Assembly: GCF_013167455.1 (NCBI RefSeq)
Contig: NZ_CP038328.1
Length of the DNA stretch: 64,000 nt
Source of the DNA: Escherichia coli O157:H7
GTDB lineage: Bacteria > Pseudomonadota > Gammaproteobacteria > Enterobacterales > Enterobacteriaceae
Reading direction: 5' to 3' (one strand)
Each line of letters opens with the position of its first letter. Position 1 is the first letter of the stretch. The notes beneath the pieces were generated by a model. It searched no databases. It saw only the letters and a list, made by a program, of their open reading frames with translations, and was not told where the DNA came from. Below, piece after piece: positions 26,946-41,555 of this stretch. Made by a program: the position numbers and the translations under genes.

Positions 26946-27101
26946 ATGATCCGTCTACAGCATGACAAACAAAAACAGATGCGTTACGGAACTTTACAAA
27001 AACGAGACACTCTAACCCTTTGCTTGCTCAAATTGCAGCTAATGGAGTGGCGTTTCGATAGCGCGTGGAAATTTGGTTTGGGGAGACTTTACCTCGGATG
27101 A
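26946..27101 (+). CDS. rseD: RseD, the 51-codon upstream ORF translationally coupled to rpoE
   Basis: ATG at 26946. The translation is MIRLQHDKQKQMRYGTLQKRDTLTLCLLKLQLMEWRFDSAWKFGLGRLYLG. Its TGA (27099-27101) overlaps the rpoE ATG (27098-27100) as ATGA. It is exactly 51 codons, as in the published ORF51/rseD, and too short for the ORF track. Confidence 0.8.
   Translation: MIRLQHDKQKQMRYGTLQKRDTLTLCLLKLQLMEWRFDSAWKFGLGRLYLG
26988..27015 (+). promoter_or_regulatory. Sigma-E-dependent autoregulated rpoE promoter
   Basis: GGAACTT (26988-26994), 16 nt, TCTAA (27011-27015). This matches the sigma-E consensus GGAACTT-N16-TCnAA and the remembered rpoE P2 sequence. Confidence 0.85.
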
Positions 27102-27673
27102 GCGAGCAGTTAACGGACCAGGTCCTGGTTGAACGGGTCCAGAAGGGAGATCAGAAAGCCTTTAACTTACTGGTAGTGCGCTATCAGCATAAAGTGGCGA
27201 GTCTGGTTTCCCGCTATGTGCCGTCGGGTGATGTTCCCGATGTGGTACAAGAAGCTTTTATTAAAGCCTATCGTGCGCTGGATTCGTTCCGGGGAGATAG
27301 CGCTTTTTATACATGGCTGTATCGGATTGCTGTAAATACAGCGAAAAATTACCTGGTTGCTCAGGGGCGTCGTCCACCTTCCAGTGATGTGGATGCCATT
27401 GAAGCTGAAAACTTCGAAAGTGGCGGCGCGTTGAAAGAAATTTCGAACCCTGAGAACTTAATGTTGTCAGAAGAACTGAGACAGATAGTTTTCCGAACTA
27501 TTGAGTCCCTCCCGGAAGATTTACGCATGGCAATAACCTTGCGGGAGCTGGATGGCCTGAGCTATGAAGAGATAGCCGCTATCATGGATTGTCCGGTAGG
27601 TACGGTGCGTTCACGTATCTTCCGAGCGAGGGAAGCTATTGATAACAAAGTTCAACCGCTTATCAGGCGTTGA
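27098..27673 (+). CDS. rpoE: ECF sigma factor sigma-E (sigma-24), 191 aa
   Basis: MSEQLTDQVLVERVQKGDQKAFNLLV... with regions 2 and 4 of the ECF family. The track ORF is 11 codons longer, from a GTG. Confidence 0.98.
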   Translation: MSEQLTDQVLVERVQKGDQKAFNLLVVRYQHKVASLVSRYVPSGDVPDVVQEAFIKAYRALDSFRGDSAFYTWLYRIAVNTAKNYLVAQGRRPPSSDVDAIEAENFESGGALKEISNPENLMLSEELRQIVFRTIESLPEDLRMAITLRELDGLSYEEIAAIMDCPVGTVRSRIFRAREAIDNKVQPLIRR

Positions 27674-27705
27674 CGATAGCGGGATACTGGATAAGGGTAT
27701 TAGGC

Positions 27706-28344
27706 ATGCAGAAAGAACAACTTTCCGCTTTAATGGATGGCGAAACGCTGGATAGTGAGCTGCTTAACGAACTGGCTCATAACCCAGAAATGCAGAAAAC
27801 CTGGGAAAGCTATCACTTAATCCGTGACTCAATGCGGGGTGATACTCCCGAGGTGCTCCATTTCGATATCTCTTCACGCGTGATGGCCGCCATTGAAGAA
27901 GAGCCAGTACGTCAACCGGCGACATTGATCCCGGAAGCCCAGCCTGCGCCGCATGAATGGCAGAAAATGCCATTCTGGCAGAAAGTACGTCCGTGGGCGG
28001 CACAGCTTACCCAAATGGGCGTAGCCGCATGCGTATCGCTTGCAGTTATCGTTGGCGTCCAGCACTATAATGGACAATCTGAAACGTCCCAGCAGCCCGA
28101 AACGCCGGTATTTAATACACTGCCGATGATGGGTAAAGCCAGCCCGGTTAGCCTGGGAGTACCTTCTGAAGCGACCGCAAATAATGGTCAACAGCAGCAG
28201 CGTCGTCGCATTAATGCAATGTTGCAGGATTACGAACTGCAACGCCGACTCCACTCTGAACAGCTTCAGTTTGAGCAGGCGCAAACCCAGCAAGCCGCTG
28301 TACAGGTGCCAGGAATTCAAACTTTAGGAACGCAATCGCAGTAA
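27706..28344 (+). CDS. rseA: Anti-sigma-E factor RseA, 212 aa here (K-12 allele is 216 aa)
   Basis: MQKEQLSALMDGETLDSELLNELAHNPEMQKTWESYHLIRDSM... with a single TM (WAAQLTQMGVAACVSLAVIVGV). The DegS site Val148/Ser149 is conserved. It is four residues shorter in the Gln-rich periplasmic linker (see finding). Confidence 0.95.
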   Translation: MQKEQLSALMDGETLDSELLNELAHNPEMQKTWESYHLIRDSMRGDTPEVLHFDISSRVMAAIEEEPVRQPATLIPEAQPAPHEWQKMPFWQKVRPWAAQLTQMGVAACVSLAVIVGVQHYNGQSETSQQPETPVFNTLPMMGKASPVSLGVPSEATANNGQQQQRRRINAMLQDYELQRRLHSEQLQFEQAQTQQAAVQVPGIQTLGTQSQ

Positions 28345-29300
28345 TGAAGCAACTTTGGTTTGCCATGTCATTAGTGACAGGTAGCCTGTTATTCTCTGCT
28401 AACGCCTCGGCCACTCCCGCGTCCGGGGCGTTATTACAGCAGATGAACCTGGCCAGTCAGTCACTGAATTACGAGCTGTCATTCATCAGCATCAATAAAC
28501 AGGGTGTTGAGTCTCTGCGTTATCGACATGCACGCCTCGATAACCGTCCTCTTGCACAATTGTTGCAAATGGATGGCCCGCGCCGGGAAGTGGTACAGCG
28601 CGGCAATGAAATCAGCTATTTTGAACCGGGACTTGAACCGTTCACGCTTAATGGCGATTACATTGTTGATTCTCTGCCATCGCTCATCTATACCGATTTC
28701 AAACGCCTTTCTCCTTACTACGACTTTATCTCCGTCGGGCGCACGCGTATTGCTGATCGTCTTTGCGAAGTCATTCGCGTGGTTGCCCGAGATGGTACAC
28801 GCTACAGCTACATCGTGTGGATGGACACCGAATCGAAATTACCGATGCGGGTTGATCTTCTTGATCGCGATGGTGAAACGCTGGAACAATTTCGCGTGAT
28901 TGCTTTTAACGTCAATCAGGATATCAGCAGCAGTATGCAGACGCTGGCGAAGGCAAATTTGCCGCCGTTGCTTTCTGTTCCTGTAGGTGAAAAAGCTAAA
29001 TTCAGCTGGACGCCAACCTGGTTGCCACAGGGTTTTAGCGAAGTTTCCAGTAGTCGACGTCCGCTACCGACGATGGACAACATGCCTATCGAATCACGTC
29101 TCTATTCCGACGGATTATTCAGCTTCTCGGTAAACGTTAACCGCGCTACGCCATCGAGCACCGATCAGATGTTGCGCACCGGACGCAGAACCGTCAGTAC
29201 AAGCGTACGTGATAACGCCGAAATCACCATTGTCGGTGAACTGCCGCCGCAAACGGCGAAACGCATTGCCGAGAATATTAAGTTCGGGGCAGCGCAATGA
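28344..29300 (+). CDS. rseB: Periplasmic sigma-E regulator RseB, 318 aa
   Basis: Signal peptide MKQLWFAMSLVTGSLLFSANASA. The start overlaps the rseA stop (TAATG). Confidence 0.97.
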   Translation: MKQLWFAMSLVTGSLLFSANASATPASGALLQQMNLASQSLNYELSFISINKQGVESLRYRHARLDNRPLAQLLQMDGPRREVVQRGNEISYFEPGLEPFTLNGDYIVDSLPSLIYTDFKRLSPYYDFISVGRTRIADRLCEVIRVVARDGTRYSYIVWMDTESKLPMRVDLLDRDGETLEQFRVIAFNVNQDISSSMQTLAKANLPPLLSVPVGEKAKFSWTPTWLPQGFSEVSSSRRPLPTMDNMPIESRLYSDGLFSFSVNVNRATPSSTDQMLRTGRRTVSTSVRDNAEITIVGELPPQTAKRIAENIKFGAAQ

Positions 29301-29776
29301 TCAAAGAGTGGGCTACCGTCGTCTCCTGGCAAAACGGGCAGGCGCTGGTCAGTTGTGATGTTAAAGCCTCATGCAGCAGCTGCGCTTCACGCGCCGGTTG
29401 CGGTAGCCGCGTGTTGAATAAACTTGGCCCGCAAACCACGCATACCATTGTCGTACCCTGTGATGAGCCGTTAGTGCCGGGGCAAAAAGTGGAATTGGGG
29501 ATCGCCGAAGGCAGCCTGCTTAGCTCCGCATTACTGGTTTATATGTCGCCGCTGGTGGGATTATTCCTCATCGCTTCGCTATTTCAGCTACTCTTTGCTT
29601 CTGACGTCGCAGCATTATGTGGTGCGGTCCTCGGCGGTATTGGCGGGTTCCTGATTGCGCGTGGCTACTCGCGTAAGTTTGCTGCCCGGGCAGAATGGCA
29701 ACCGATCATCTTAAGCGTGGCATTGCCGCCTGGCCTTGTGCGATTTGAAACATCTTCGGAAGACGCGAGCCAGTGA
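29297..29776 (+). CDS. rseC: RseC (SoxR-reducing system related membrane protein), 159 aa
   Basis: ATGA overlap with rseB. N-terminal Cys-rich segment (CSSCASRAGCG) and two TM helices. Confidence 0.95.
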   Translation: MIKEWATVVSWQNGQALVSCDVKASCSSCASRAGCGSRVLNKLGPQTTHTIVVPCDEPLVPGQKVELGIAEGSLLSSALLVYMSPLVGLFLIASLFQLLFASDVAALCGAVLGGIGGFLIARGYSRKFAARAEWQPIILSVALPPGLVRFETSSEDASQ

Positions 29777-29973
29777 TTTCACTGGCTTTGTTGCATTTTG
29801 CATAACAAATGCGAGGACGTTTCCAGATACCACAATCCATACGGTATGAACATTTCCTCGCCTCAATGTTGTAGTGTAGAATGCGGCGTTTCTATTAATA
29901 CAGACGTTAAGCTCAGAACAGCGACTTCTAAAAGCCTGGTTAACCGGGCATTAAGGCACAATAATCATACTTT

Positions 29974-31773
<1,800 letters not shown>

Positions 31774-31788
31774 CCCTTAGGAGTTGGC

Positions 31789-32763
31789 ATGGCGAATATG
31801 TTTGCCCTGATTCTGGTGATTGCCACACTGGTGACGGGCATTTTATGGTGCGTGGATAAATTCTTTTTCGCACCTAAACGGCGGGAACGTCAGGCAGCGG
31901 CGCAGGCGGCTGCCGGTGACTCACTGGATAAAGCAACGTTGAAAAAGGTTGCGCCGAAGCCTGGCTGGCTGGAAACCGGTGCTTCTGTTTTTCCGGTACT
32001 GGCTATCGTATTGATTGTGCGTTCGTTTATTTATGAACCGTTCCAGATTCCGTCAGGTTCGATGATGCCGACTCTGTTAATCGGTGATTTTATTCTGGTA
32101 GAGAAGTTTGCTTATGGCATTAAAGATCCTATCTACCAGAAAACGCTGATCGAAACCGGTCATCCGAAACGCGGCGATATCGTGGTCTTTAAATATCCGG
32201 AAGATCCAAAGCTTGATTATATCAAGCGCGCGGTGGGTTTACCGGGCGATAAAGTCACTTACGATCCGGTCTCAAAAGAGCTGACGATTCAACCGGGATG
32301 CAGTTCCGGCCAGGCGTGTGAAAACGCGCTGCCGGTCACCTACTCAAACGTGGAACCGAGCGATTTCGTTCAGACCTTCTCACGCCGTAATGGTGGGGAA
32401 GCGACCAGCGGATTCTTTGAAGTGCCGAAAAACGAAACCAAAGAAAATGGAATTCGTCTTTCCGAGCGTAAAGAGACACTGGGTGATGTGACGCACCGCA
32501 TTCTGACAGTGCCGATTGCGCAGGATCAGGTGGGGATGTATTACCAGCAGCCAGGGCAACAACTGGCAACCTGGATTGTTCCTCCGGGACAATACTTCAT
32601 GATGGGCGACAACCGCGACAACAGCGCGGACAGCCGTTACTGGGGCTTTGTGCCTGAAGCGAATCTGGTCGGTCGGGCAACGGCTATCTGGATGAGCTTC
32701 GATAAGCAAGAAGGCGAATGGCCGACAGGTGTGCGCTTAAGTCGCATTGGCGGCATCCATTAA
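31789..32763 (+). CDS. lepB: Signal peptidase I, 324 aa
   Basis: Catalytic Ser box SGSMMPTL and Lys box KRAVGLPGD, plus GDNRDNSADSR. Confidence 0.98.
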   Translation: MANMFALILVIATLVTGILWCVDKFFFAPKRRERQAAAQAAAGDSLDKATLKKVAPKPGWLETGASVFPVLAIVLIVRSFIYEPFQIPSGSMMPTLLIGDFILVEKFAYGIKDPIYQKTLIETGHPKRGDIVVFKYPEDPKLDYIKRAVGLPGDKVTYDPVSKELTIQPGCSSGQACENALPVTYSNVEPSDFVQTFSRRNGGEATSGFFEVPKNETKENGIRLSERKETLGDVTHRILTVPIAQDQVGMYYQQPGQQLATWIVPPGQYFMMGDNRDNSADSRYWGFVPEANLVGRATAIWMSFDKQEGEWPTGVRLSRIGGIH

Positions 32764-32776
32764 TAGCTCATCTTCG

Positions 32777-32816
32777 TTCACGTTGTCGCCGTTATGGCGA
32801 CAACGTGAATTATTTA
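32777..32816 (+). terminator. lepB terminator hairpin
   Basis: ttcacgttgtcgcc-gttat-ggcgacaacgtgaa: a 14-bp perfect stem followed by ttatttat. Confidence 0.85.
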
Positions 32817-32909
32817 TGAGATAAATCTCCCGTGGCTAACGACATCCCCCGTCGTTGTGTATAGAATATTCCCCCGAAGTTTAAGGTTGGCACCTCCAGG
32901 TTGCCACGG

Positions 32910-33001
32910 CACACGAAACAGCGTTGGTCCCCATATACCGCTAAACTGAAACTGCAGCGAAGCAGTTAGCAGAGCCATGTATATCAGGTCTGTTTCGTGT
33001 G
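32910..33001 (+). promoter_or_regulatory. rnc leader long-range helix (candidate RNase III autoregulatory site, rncO)
   Basis: cacacgaaacag (32910-32921) is the perfect reverse complement of ctgtttcgtgtg (32990-33001). The helix encloses ~70 nt with further imperfect pairing and ends 35 nt before the rnc ATG. A TAGAAT -10 candidate lies at 32862-32867. Confidence 0.6.
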
Positions 33002-33005
33002 CTGA

Positions 33006-34618
<1,613 letters not shown>

Positions 34619-34629
34619 GAGTAACTCCG

Positions 34630-35358
34630 ATGGAAGGCTGGCAGCGCGCATTTGTCCTGCATAGTCGCCCGTGGAGCGAAACCAGCCTGATGCTGGACGT
34701 CTTCACGGAGGAATCGGGTCGCGTGCGTCTGGTTGCCAAAGGCGCACGCTCTAAACGCTCTACCCTGAAAGGTGCATTACAGCCTTTCACCCCTCTCTTG
34801 CTACGTTTTGGCGGGCGTGGCGAAGTCAAAACGCTGCGCAGTGCTGAAGCTGTCTCGCTGGCGCTGCCATTAAGCGGTATCACGCTTTACAGCGGTCTGT
34901 ACATCAACGAACTTCTCTCCCGCGTACTGGAATACGAGACGCGCTTCTCTGAACTCTTTTTCGATTACTTGCACTGCATTCAGTCTCTTGCAGGGGTCAC
35001 TGGTACGCCAGAACCCGCGCTGCGCCGCTTTGAACTGGCACTGCTCGGGCATCTGGGTTATGGCGTCAATTTTACCCATTGTGCGGGTAGCGGCGAGCCG
35101 GTAGATGACACCATGACGTATCGTTATCGCGAAGAAAAAGGGTTTATCGCAAGCGTCGTTATCGACAATAAAACGTTCACCGGAAGGCAGTTAAAAGCGT
35201 TAAACGCACGGGAATTTCCTGACGCAGACACACTGCGCGCCGCGAAACGCTTTACCCGCATGGCGCTTAAGCCGTATCTTGGCGGTAAACCTTTAAAGAG
35301 CAGGGAACTGTTCCGGCAATTTATGCCTAAGCGAACGGTGAAAACACATTATGAATGA
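34630..35358 (+). CDS. recO: DNA repair protein RecO, 242 aa
   Basis: [44 protein letters not shown]... matches remembered RecO. Confidence 0.96.
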   Translation: MEGWQRAFVLHSRPWSETSLMLDVFTEESGRVRLVAKGARSKRSTLKGALQPFTPLLLRFGGRGEVKTLRSAEAVSLALPLSGITLYSGLYINELLSRVLEYETRFSELFFDYLHCIQSLAGVTGTPEPALRRFELALLGHLGYGVNFTHCAGSGEPVDDTMTYRYREEKGFIASVVIDNKTFTGRQLKALNAREFPDADTLRAAKRFTRMALKPYLGGKPLKSRELFRQFMPKRTVKTHYE

Positions 35359-35369
35359 TGAGGATTGTC

Positions 35370-36101
35370 ATGGCTGAATTACTGTTAGGCGTCAACATTG
35401 ACCATATCGCTACGCTGCGCAACGCGCGCGGTACCGCTTACCCGGATCCGGTGCAGGCCGCGTTTATTGCCGAGCAGGCGGGGGCGGACGGCATTACCGT
35501 GCATTTACGTGAAGATCGCCGCCACATTACTGACCGCGATGTGCGCATCCTGCGTCAGACGCTGGATACCCGCATGAATCTGGAGATGGCGGTGACCGAA
35601 GAGATGCTGGCGATCGCGGTTGAGACGAAGCCGCATTTTTGCTGCCTGGTACCAGAAAAGCGTCAGGAAGTAACAACCGAAGGCGGCCTGGACGTTGCAG
35701 GGCAGCGTGACAAAATGCGCGATGCCTGCAAACGTCTGGCGGATGCCGGGATTCAGGTTTCTCTGTTTATCGACGCCGATGAAGAGCAGATCAAAGCTGC
35801 GGCAGAGGTTGGCGCACCGTTTATCGAGATCCACACCGGTTGCTATGCTGATGCCAAAACTGACGCCGAACAGGCGCAAGAGCTGGCGCGTATCGCCAAA
35901 GCCGCGACCTTTGCCGCTAGTCTCGGTTTGAAAGTTAACGCCGGACACGGTCTGACCTATCACAACGTAAAAGCCATTGCCGCCATCCCTGAGATGCACG
36001 AACTGAATATCGGTCATGCCATTATTGGTCGTGCAGTGATGACCGGACTGAAAGATGCGGTGGCAGAAATGAAGCGCCTGATGCTGGAAGCGCGTGGCTA
36101 A
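35370..36101 (+). CDS. pdxJ: Pyridoxine 5'-phosphate synthase PdxJ, 243 aa
   Basis: [21 protein letters not shown]... TIM barrel. The track ORF starts 5 codons upstream. Confidence 0.96.
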
Positions 36102-36481
36102 TGGCAATATTAGGTTTAGGCACGGATATCGTAGAGATCGCTCGCATAGAAGCAGTGATCGCCCGATCCGGTGAGCGCCTGGCACGCCGCGTATTAAGCG
36201 ATAACGAATGGGAAATTTGGAAAACGCACCACCAGCCGGTGCGTTTTCTGGCGAAACGCTTTGCCGTAAAAGAAGCCGCAGCAAAAGCGTTTGGCACCGG
36301 GATCCGCAATGGTCTGGCGTTTAATCAGTTTGAAGTATTTAACGATGAGCTTGGTAAGCCACGGCTGCGACTGTGGGGCGAGGCATTAAAACTGGCGGAA
36401 AAGCTGGGCGTTGCAAATATGCATGTGACGCTGGCCGATGAGCGCCACTATGCTTGTGCCACGGTAATTATTGAAAGTTAA
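36101..36481 (+). CDS. acpS: Holo-[acyl-carrier-protein] synthase, 126 aa
   Basis: [17 protein letters not shown]... 4'-phosphopantetheinyl transferase. TAATG overlap with pdxJ. Confidence 0.97.
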
Positions 36482-36503
36482 AAATAATACCGTTCTCTTT
36501 ATA

Positions 36504-36580
36504 AAGTAAAACCCCCGAACTGGTAAGGAACGGGGGTTTTACTTTTTAACTTTAATTTTGTGCAGCACACGATTCCAACG
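36504..36580 (-). ncRNA. ohsC: OhsC (RyfC) antitoxin sRNA of the shoB-ohsC type I TA pair. Ends are approximate.
   Basis: A minus-strand CATAAT -10 (rc of 36587-36592) places the TSS near 36580. The 3' end is at the 36508-36540 hairpin, giving ~77 nt. It carries ttggaatcgtgtgctgca, complementary (17/18) to 36810-36827 in the shoB 5' UTR. Location matches K-12. Confidence 0.6.
36508..36540. terminator. Bidirectional terminator shared by acpS (+) and ohsC (-)
   Basis: aaaacccccg-aactggtaaggaa-cgggggtttt, with T-runs on both strands (tttt acttttt on plus, ttttactttat on minus). Confidence 0.85.
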
Positions 36581-36902
36581 AAAATGATTATGGATCAATT
36601 TCGTTGACCTGTACAAGCAACTTGCAATCTCTGACATAAAAAACGCGAGCCTTTACGAAGAAATCGACATTGATGAAAAGATTAACGTGACCGCTTTTTG
36701 ATAAGTACATTAAAATCGGTTTCGTTATTGGCAATTTTGCTGTGCTTTACACCATGCCACTGAATTCCCCCATTGAAACGAGTGGTGTCGTCAAAGCTCT
36801 GGTGTGGAGTGCAGCACTCGATTCCAATAACTCGCACGTTCAGTTTTGGGGAGATGTAAGGGCTAATCTGAACGGCTGCATTCCTTGTTTAAGGAAAAAC
36901 GA

Positions 36903-36983
36903 ATGACTGATTGCCGATACCTGATTAAACGGGTCATCAAAATCATCATTGCTGTTTTACAGCTGATCCTTCTGTTCTTATAA
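36903..36983 (+). CDS. shoB: ShoB, a 26-aa hydrophobic type I toxin
   Basis: The ATG at 36903 is preceded by AAGGA 7 nt upstream. The translation MTDCRYLIKRVIKIIIAVLQLILLFL matches remembered ShoB exactly. It is too short for the ORF track. Confidence 0.9.
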   Translation: MTDCRYLIKRVIKIIIAVLQLILLFL

Positions 36984-37002
36984 CACAAGGAAACGTACTT
37001 AA

Positions 37003-37036
37003 GGTGCGTCCGGTGAACCAATCGGACGCGCCTTTA
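37003..37036 (+). terminator. shoB mRNA terminator
   Basis: ggtgcgtccg-gtgaaccaat-cggacgcgcc followed by tttaataa. Confidence 0.65.
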
Positions 37037-37176
37037 ATAACTATAAATAAGTGTCTGGGCAGATACTATATAAATTAACTTAGTGAATTATTATGCTAAT
37101 GTCATCAATTAAATAAATATAATGGCGTTAAGGCTTCCCAGTAAAATAATTAATACTCTACTTCCAGAGTAGAATA

Positions 37177-37473
<297 letters not shown>

Positions 37474-37492
37474 TTATACGCGCATTCTTTAC

Positions 37493-38341
37493 TCAGACCA
37501 GTTTTTTCACCAGCGCTTCACTATGACGAATACGTTCTGGTGCCAGTTCCAGATCCTGCTGAATCAGCGCAATGAACAGCAAATCCGTTAACATTCCCTG
37601 CGCGTGACAAGCAGAGATTGAAGCACTGTTTGTCGCTTGTTCTTCGGCAATGGTATACAGGCAATGAGAAGCACGCTGTTGCAGGGCATTGGGAGTAAAG
37701 CCGGTAATCGCCAGCACTTTTCCGCCCACTCGCAGCATCTCATCTGCCGCCAGGTTTAACTCGCGTCGTACACCGGTGTAAGAAATGGCTAATAACAGAT
37801 CGTCAGGGGACGACGCCTGTACGGTAGCGAGTAGCGCATGCATATCGCGCACTGCGGCAGCATTGAAGCCAATCTTCATCAGCTTCCAGGCAAAGTTTTG
37901 CGCCACCAGACCCGAAGCGCCAATACCGGTCAGAATTATCCGCCGCGCAGAGCGCAACATTGTTACGCATTCATGCAGTTTCTCTTCACTATTAACGTTT
38001 AGCGTTGCGTACATAGCGGCAGTATTTTCTTTAATCAGTTTTTCGCCGACCAGCCGTAACGGATCATCACCGCGGATTTGGTTATGAATGGGCACTGAGG
38101 GCGATTCCGGCTGGCTTGCCAGCGCTTCACTCAACGCCAACTTAAGCGCCGGAAAACCTTTATAGCCGAGTTTTTGCGCGAACTTCACGACGCTGGACTG
38201 ACTGACTCCGGCTTCGTTGGCCAGTTGCTGAGAGCTTAAATGGCGCGCCGTATCAGGTTGTAGCAGCAGATAATCCGCCAGTTTTTTATCACTCTGGGCA
38301 AGCCCCTGGTAACGCTGACGGATACGAAGTAAGCCGTTCAT
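37493..38341 (-). CDS. yfhH: RpiR/MurR-family transcriptional regulator YfhH (HTH + SIS), 282 aa
   Basis: HTH (SSQQLANEAGVSQSSVVKFAQKLGYKGF) plus an SIS domain (ILTGIGASGLVAQ). The start MNGLLRIRQRY gives 282 aa. Confidence 0.9.
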   Translation of the reverse strand: MNGLLRIRQRYQGLAQSDKKLADYLLLQPDTARHLSSQQLANEAGVSQSSVVKFAQKLGYKGFPALKLALSEALASQPESPSVPIHNQIRGDDPLRLVGEKLIKENTAAMYATLNVNSEEKLHECVTMLRSARRIILTGIGASGLVAQNFAWKLMKIGFNAAAVRDMHALLATVQASSPDDLLLAISYTGVRRELNLAADEMLRVGGKVLAITGFTPNALQQRASHCLYTIAEEQATNSASISACHAQGMLTDLLFIALIQQDLELAPERIRHSEALVKKLV

Positions 38342-38549
38342 ATCTTTCCTCGCGATGAAATAGTGGCGACAACAGGCAATATGAGACACACGCGAGTGAA
38401 TTTTATATTCCATTGCCGCTAATTGCCATGAATTAAAAATTCCAGTTAGCCATGATGCGGTCGATTGTTGCCGGAAAAGTGATGATCTATCTGTTAGGCT
38501 ATGTAGTAGCGAAAATTAATCAGGATGTTTCAGTCCAGAGGAGTATGGT

Positions 38550-39185
38550 TTGGCAACTCACGAGCGTCGTGTGGTGTTTTTTGACTTAGATGGAACATTG
38601 CATCAGCAGGATATGTTCGGCAGTTTTCTGCGCTATTTACTGCGTCGCCAACCGCTGAATGCGTTACTTGTCCTGCCGTTGTTGCCGATTATAGCCATTG
38701 CGTTATTGATAAAAGGTCGTGCGGCACGCTGGCCGATGAGTCTGCTTCTGTGGGGATGCACCTTTGGTCACAGCGAAGCACGTTTACAGGCGTTGCAGGC
38801 CGATTTCGTACGCTGGTTTCGTGACAATGTTACCGCCTTTCCGCTGGTTCAGGAGCGATTAACCACCTACCTGTTAAGTTCCGATGCTGATATCTGGTTG
38901 ATTACCGGTTCTCCACAGCCGCTGGTTGAAGCGGTCTATTTCGATACACCCTGGCTGCCGCGGGTGAATCTTATCGCCAGCCAAATTCAGCGTGGCTATG
39001 GTGGTTGGGTATTGACGATGCGTTGCCTCGGGCATGAAAAGGTCGCGCAACTGGAGCGCAAAATCGGCACGCCGCTGCGGCTGTACAGTGGCTATAGCGA
39101 CAGTAATCAGGACAACCCGCTGCTTTACTTTTGCCAGCATCGCTGGCGAGTAACCCCGCGCGGTGAACTCCAGCAACTGGAATAG
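38550..39185 (+). CDS. pgpC: Phosphatidylglycerophosphatase C (HAD family, membrane-anchored), 211 aa
   Basis: HAD motif I FFDLDGT. A TTG start as given by the track. Matches remembered YfhB/PgpC. Confidence 0.92.
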   Translation: MATHERRVVFFDLDGTLHQQDMFGSFLRYLLRRQPLNALLVLPLLPIIAIALLIKGRAARWPMSLLLWGCTFGHSEARLQALQADFVRWFRDNVTAFPLVQERLTTYLLSSDADIWLITGSPQPLVEAVYFDTPWLPRVNLIASQIQRGYGGWVLTMRCLGHEKVAQLERKIGTPLRLYSGYSDSNQDNPLLYFCQHRWRVTPRGELQQLE

Positions 39186-39197
39186 AGTAAAGCATAG

Positions 39198-41299
<2,102 letters not shown>

Positions 41300-41464
41300 T
41301 TAGTTAATTCTCTGTGTCGTGCGCGTCCCAGCTTGAAAAAATGTAATAATAGTGAAAGGTTTACTCATAAATGAGCGGCATTTTGCGTAAACCTGCGCCA
41401 GATGGCAACTTATTACAGCCATTGGCGGCACGCGTTGCTAATTCACGATGGTGATTTTATTTCC

Positions 41465-41480
41465 ACGCAAACGGTTTCGT
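41465..41480. promoter_or_regulatory. PurR operator (PUR box) of purL
   Basis: ACGCAAACGGTTTCGT compared with the consensus ACGCAAACGTTTGCGT. It overlaps the -35 region of a promoter whose TATAAT is at 41498-41503. Confidence 0.85.
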
Positions 41481-41555
41481 CAGCGCATCAGATTCTTTAT
41501 AATGACGCCCGTTTCCCCCCTTGGGTACACCGAAAGCTTAGAAGACGAGAGACTT

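Noticed and set aside
27065-27097. Upstream in-frame extensions in the ORF track, for example rpoE from GTG 27065, purL from 41448, glrR from 48212, trmN from 24226, tapT to 18114 and yfiF from 18683.
   Set aside because: The extensions lack an SD and overlap promoters, operators or upstream genes. The downstream starts reproduce the known protein lengths and have RBSs.
35505-36284. A 259-aa ORF antisense to pdxJ/acpS.
   Set aside because: It is a shadow ORF across two tightly coupled essential genes, with no supporting signals.
38452-38589. A 45-codon ORF (MMRSIVAGKVMIYLLGYVVAKINQ...) in the yfhH-pgpC spacer that overlaps the pgpC start out of frame.
   Set aside because: It has no Shine-Dalgarno, it overlaps the pgpC RBS and start, and I know of no conservation evidence. 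It is probably a chance ORF.
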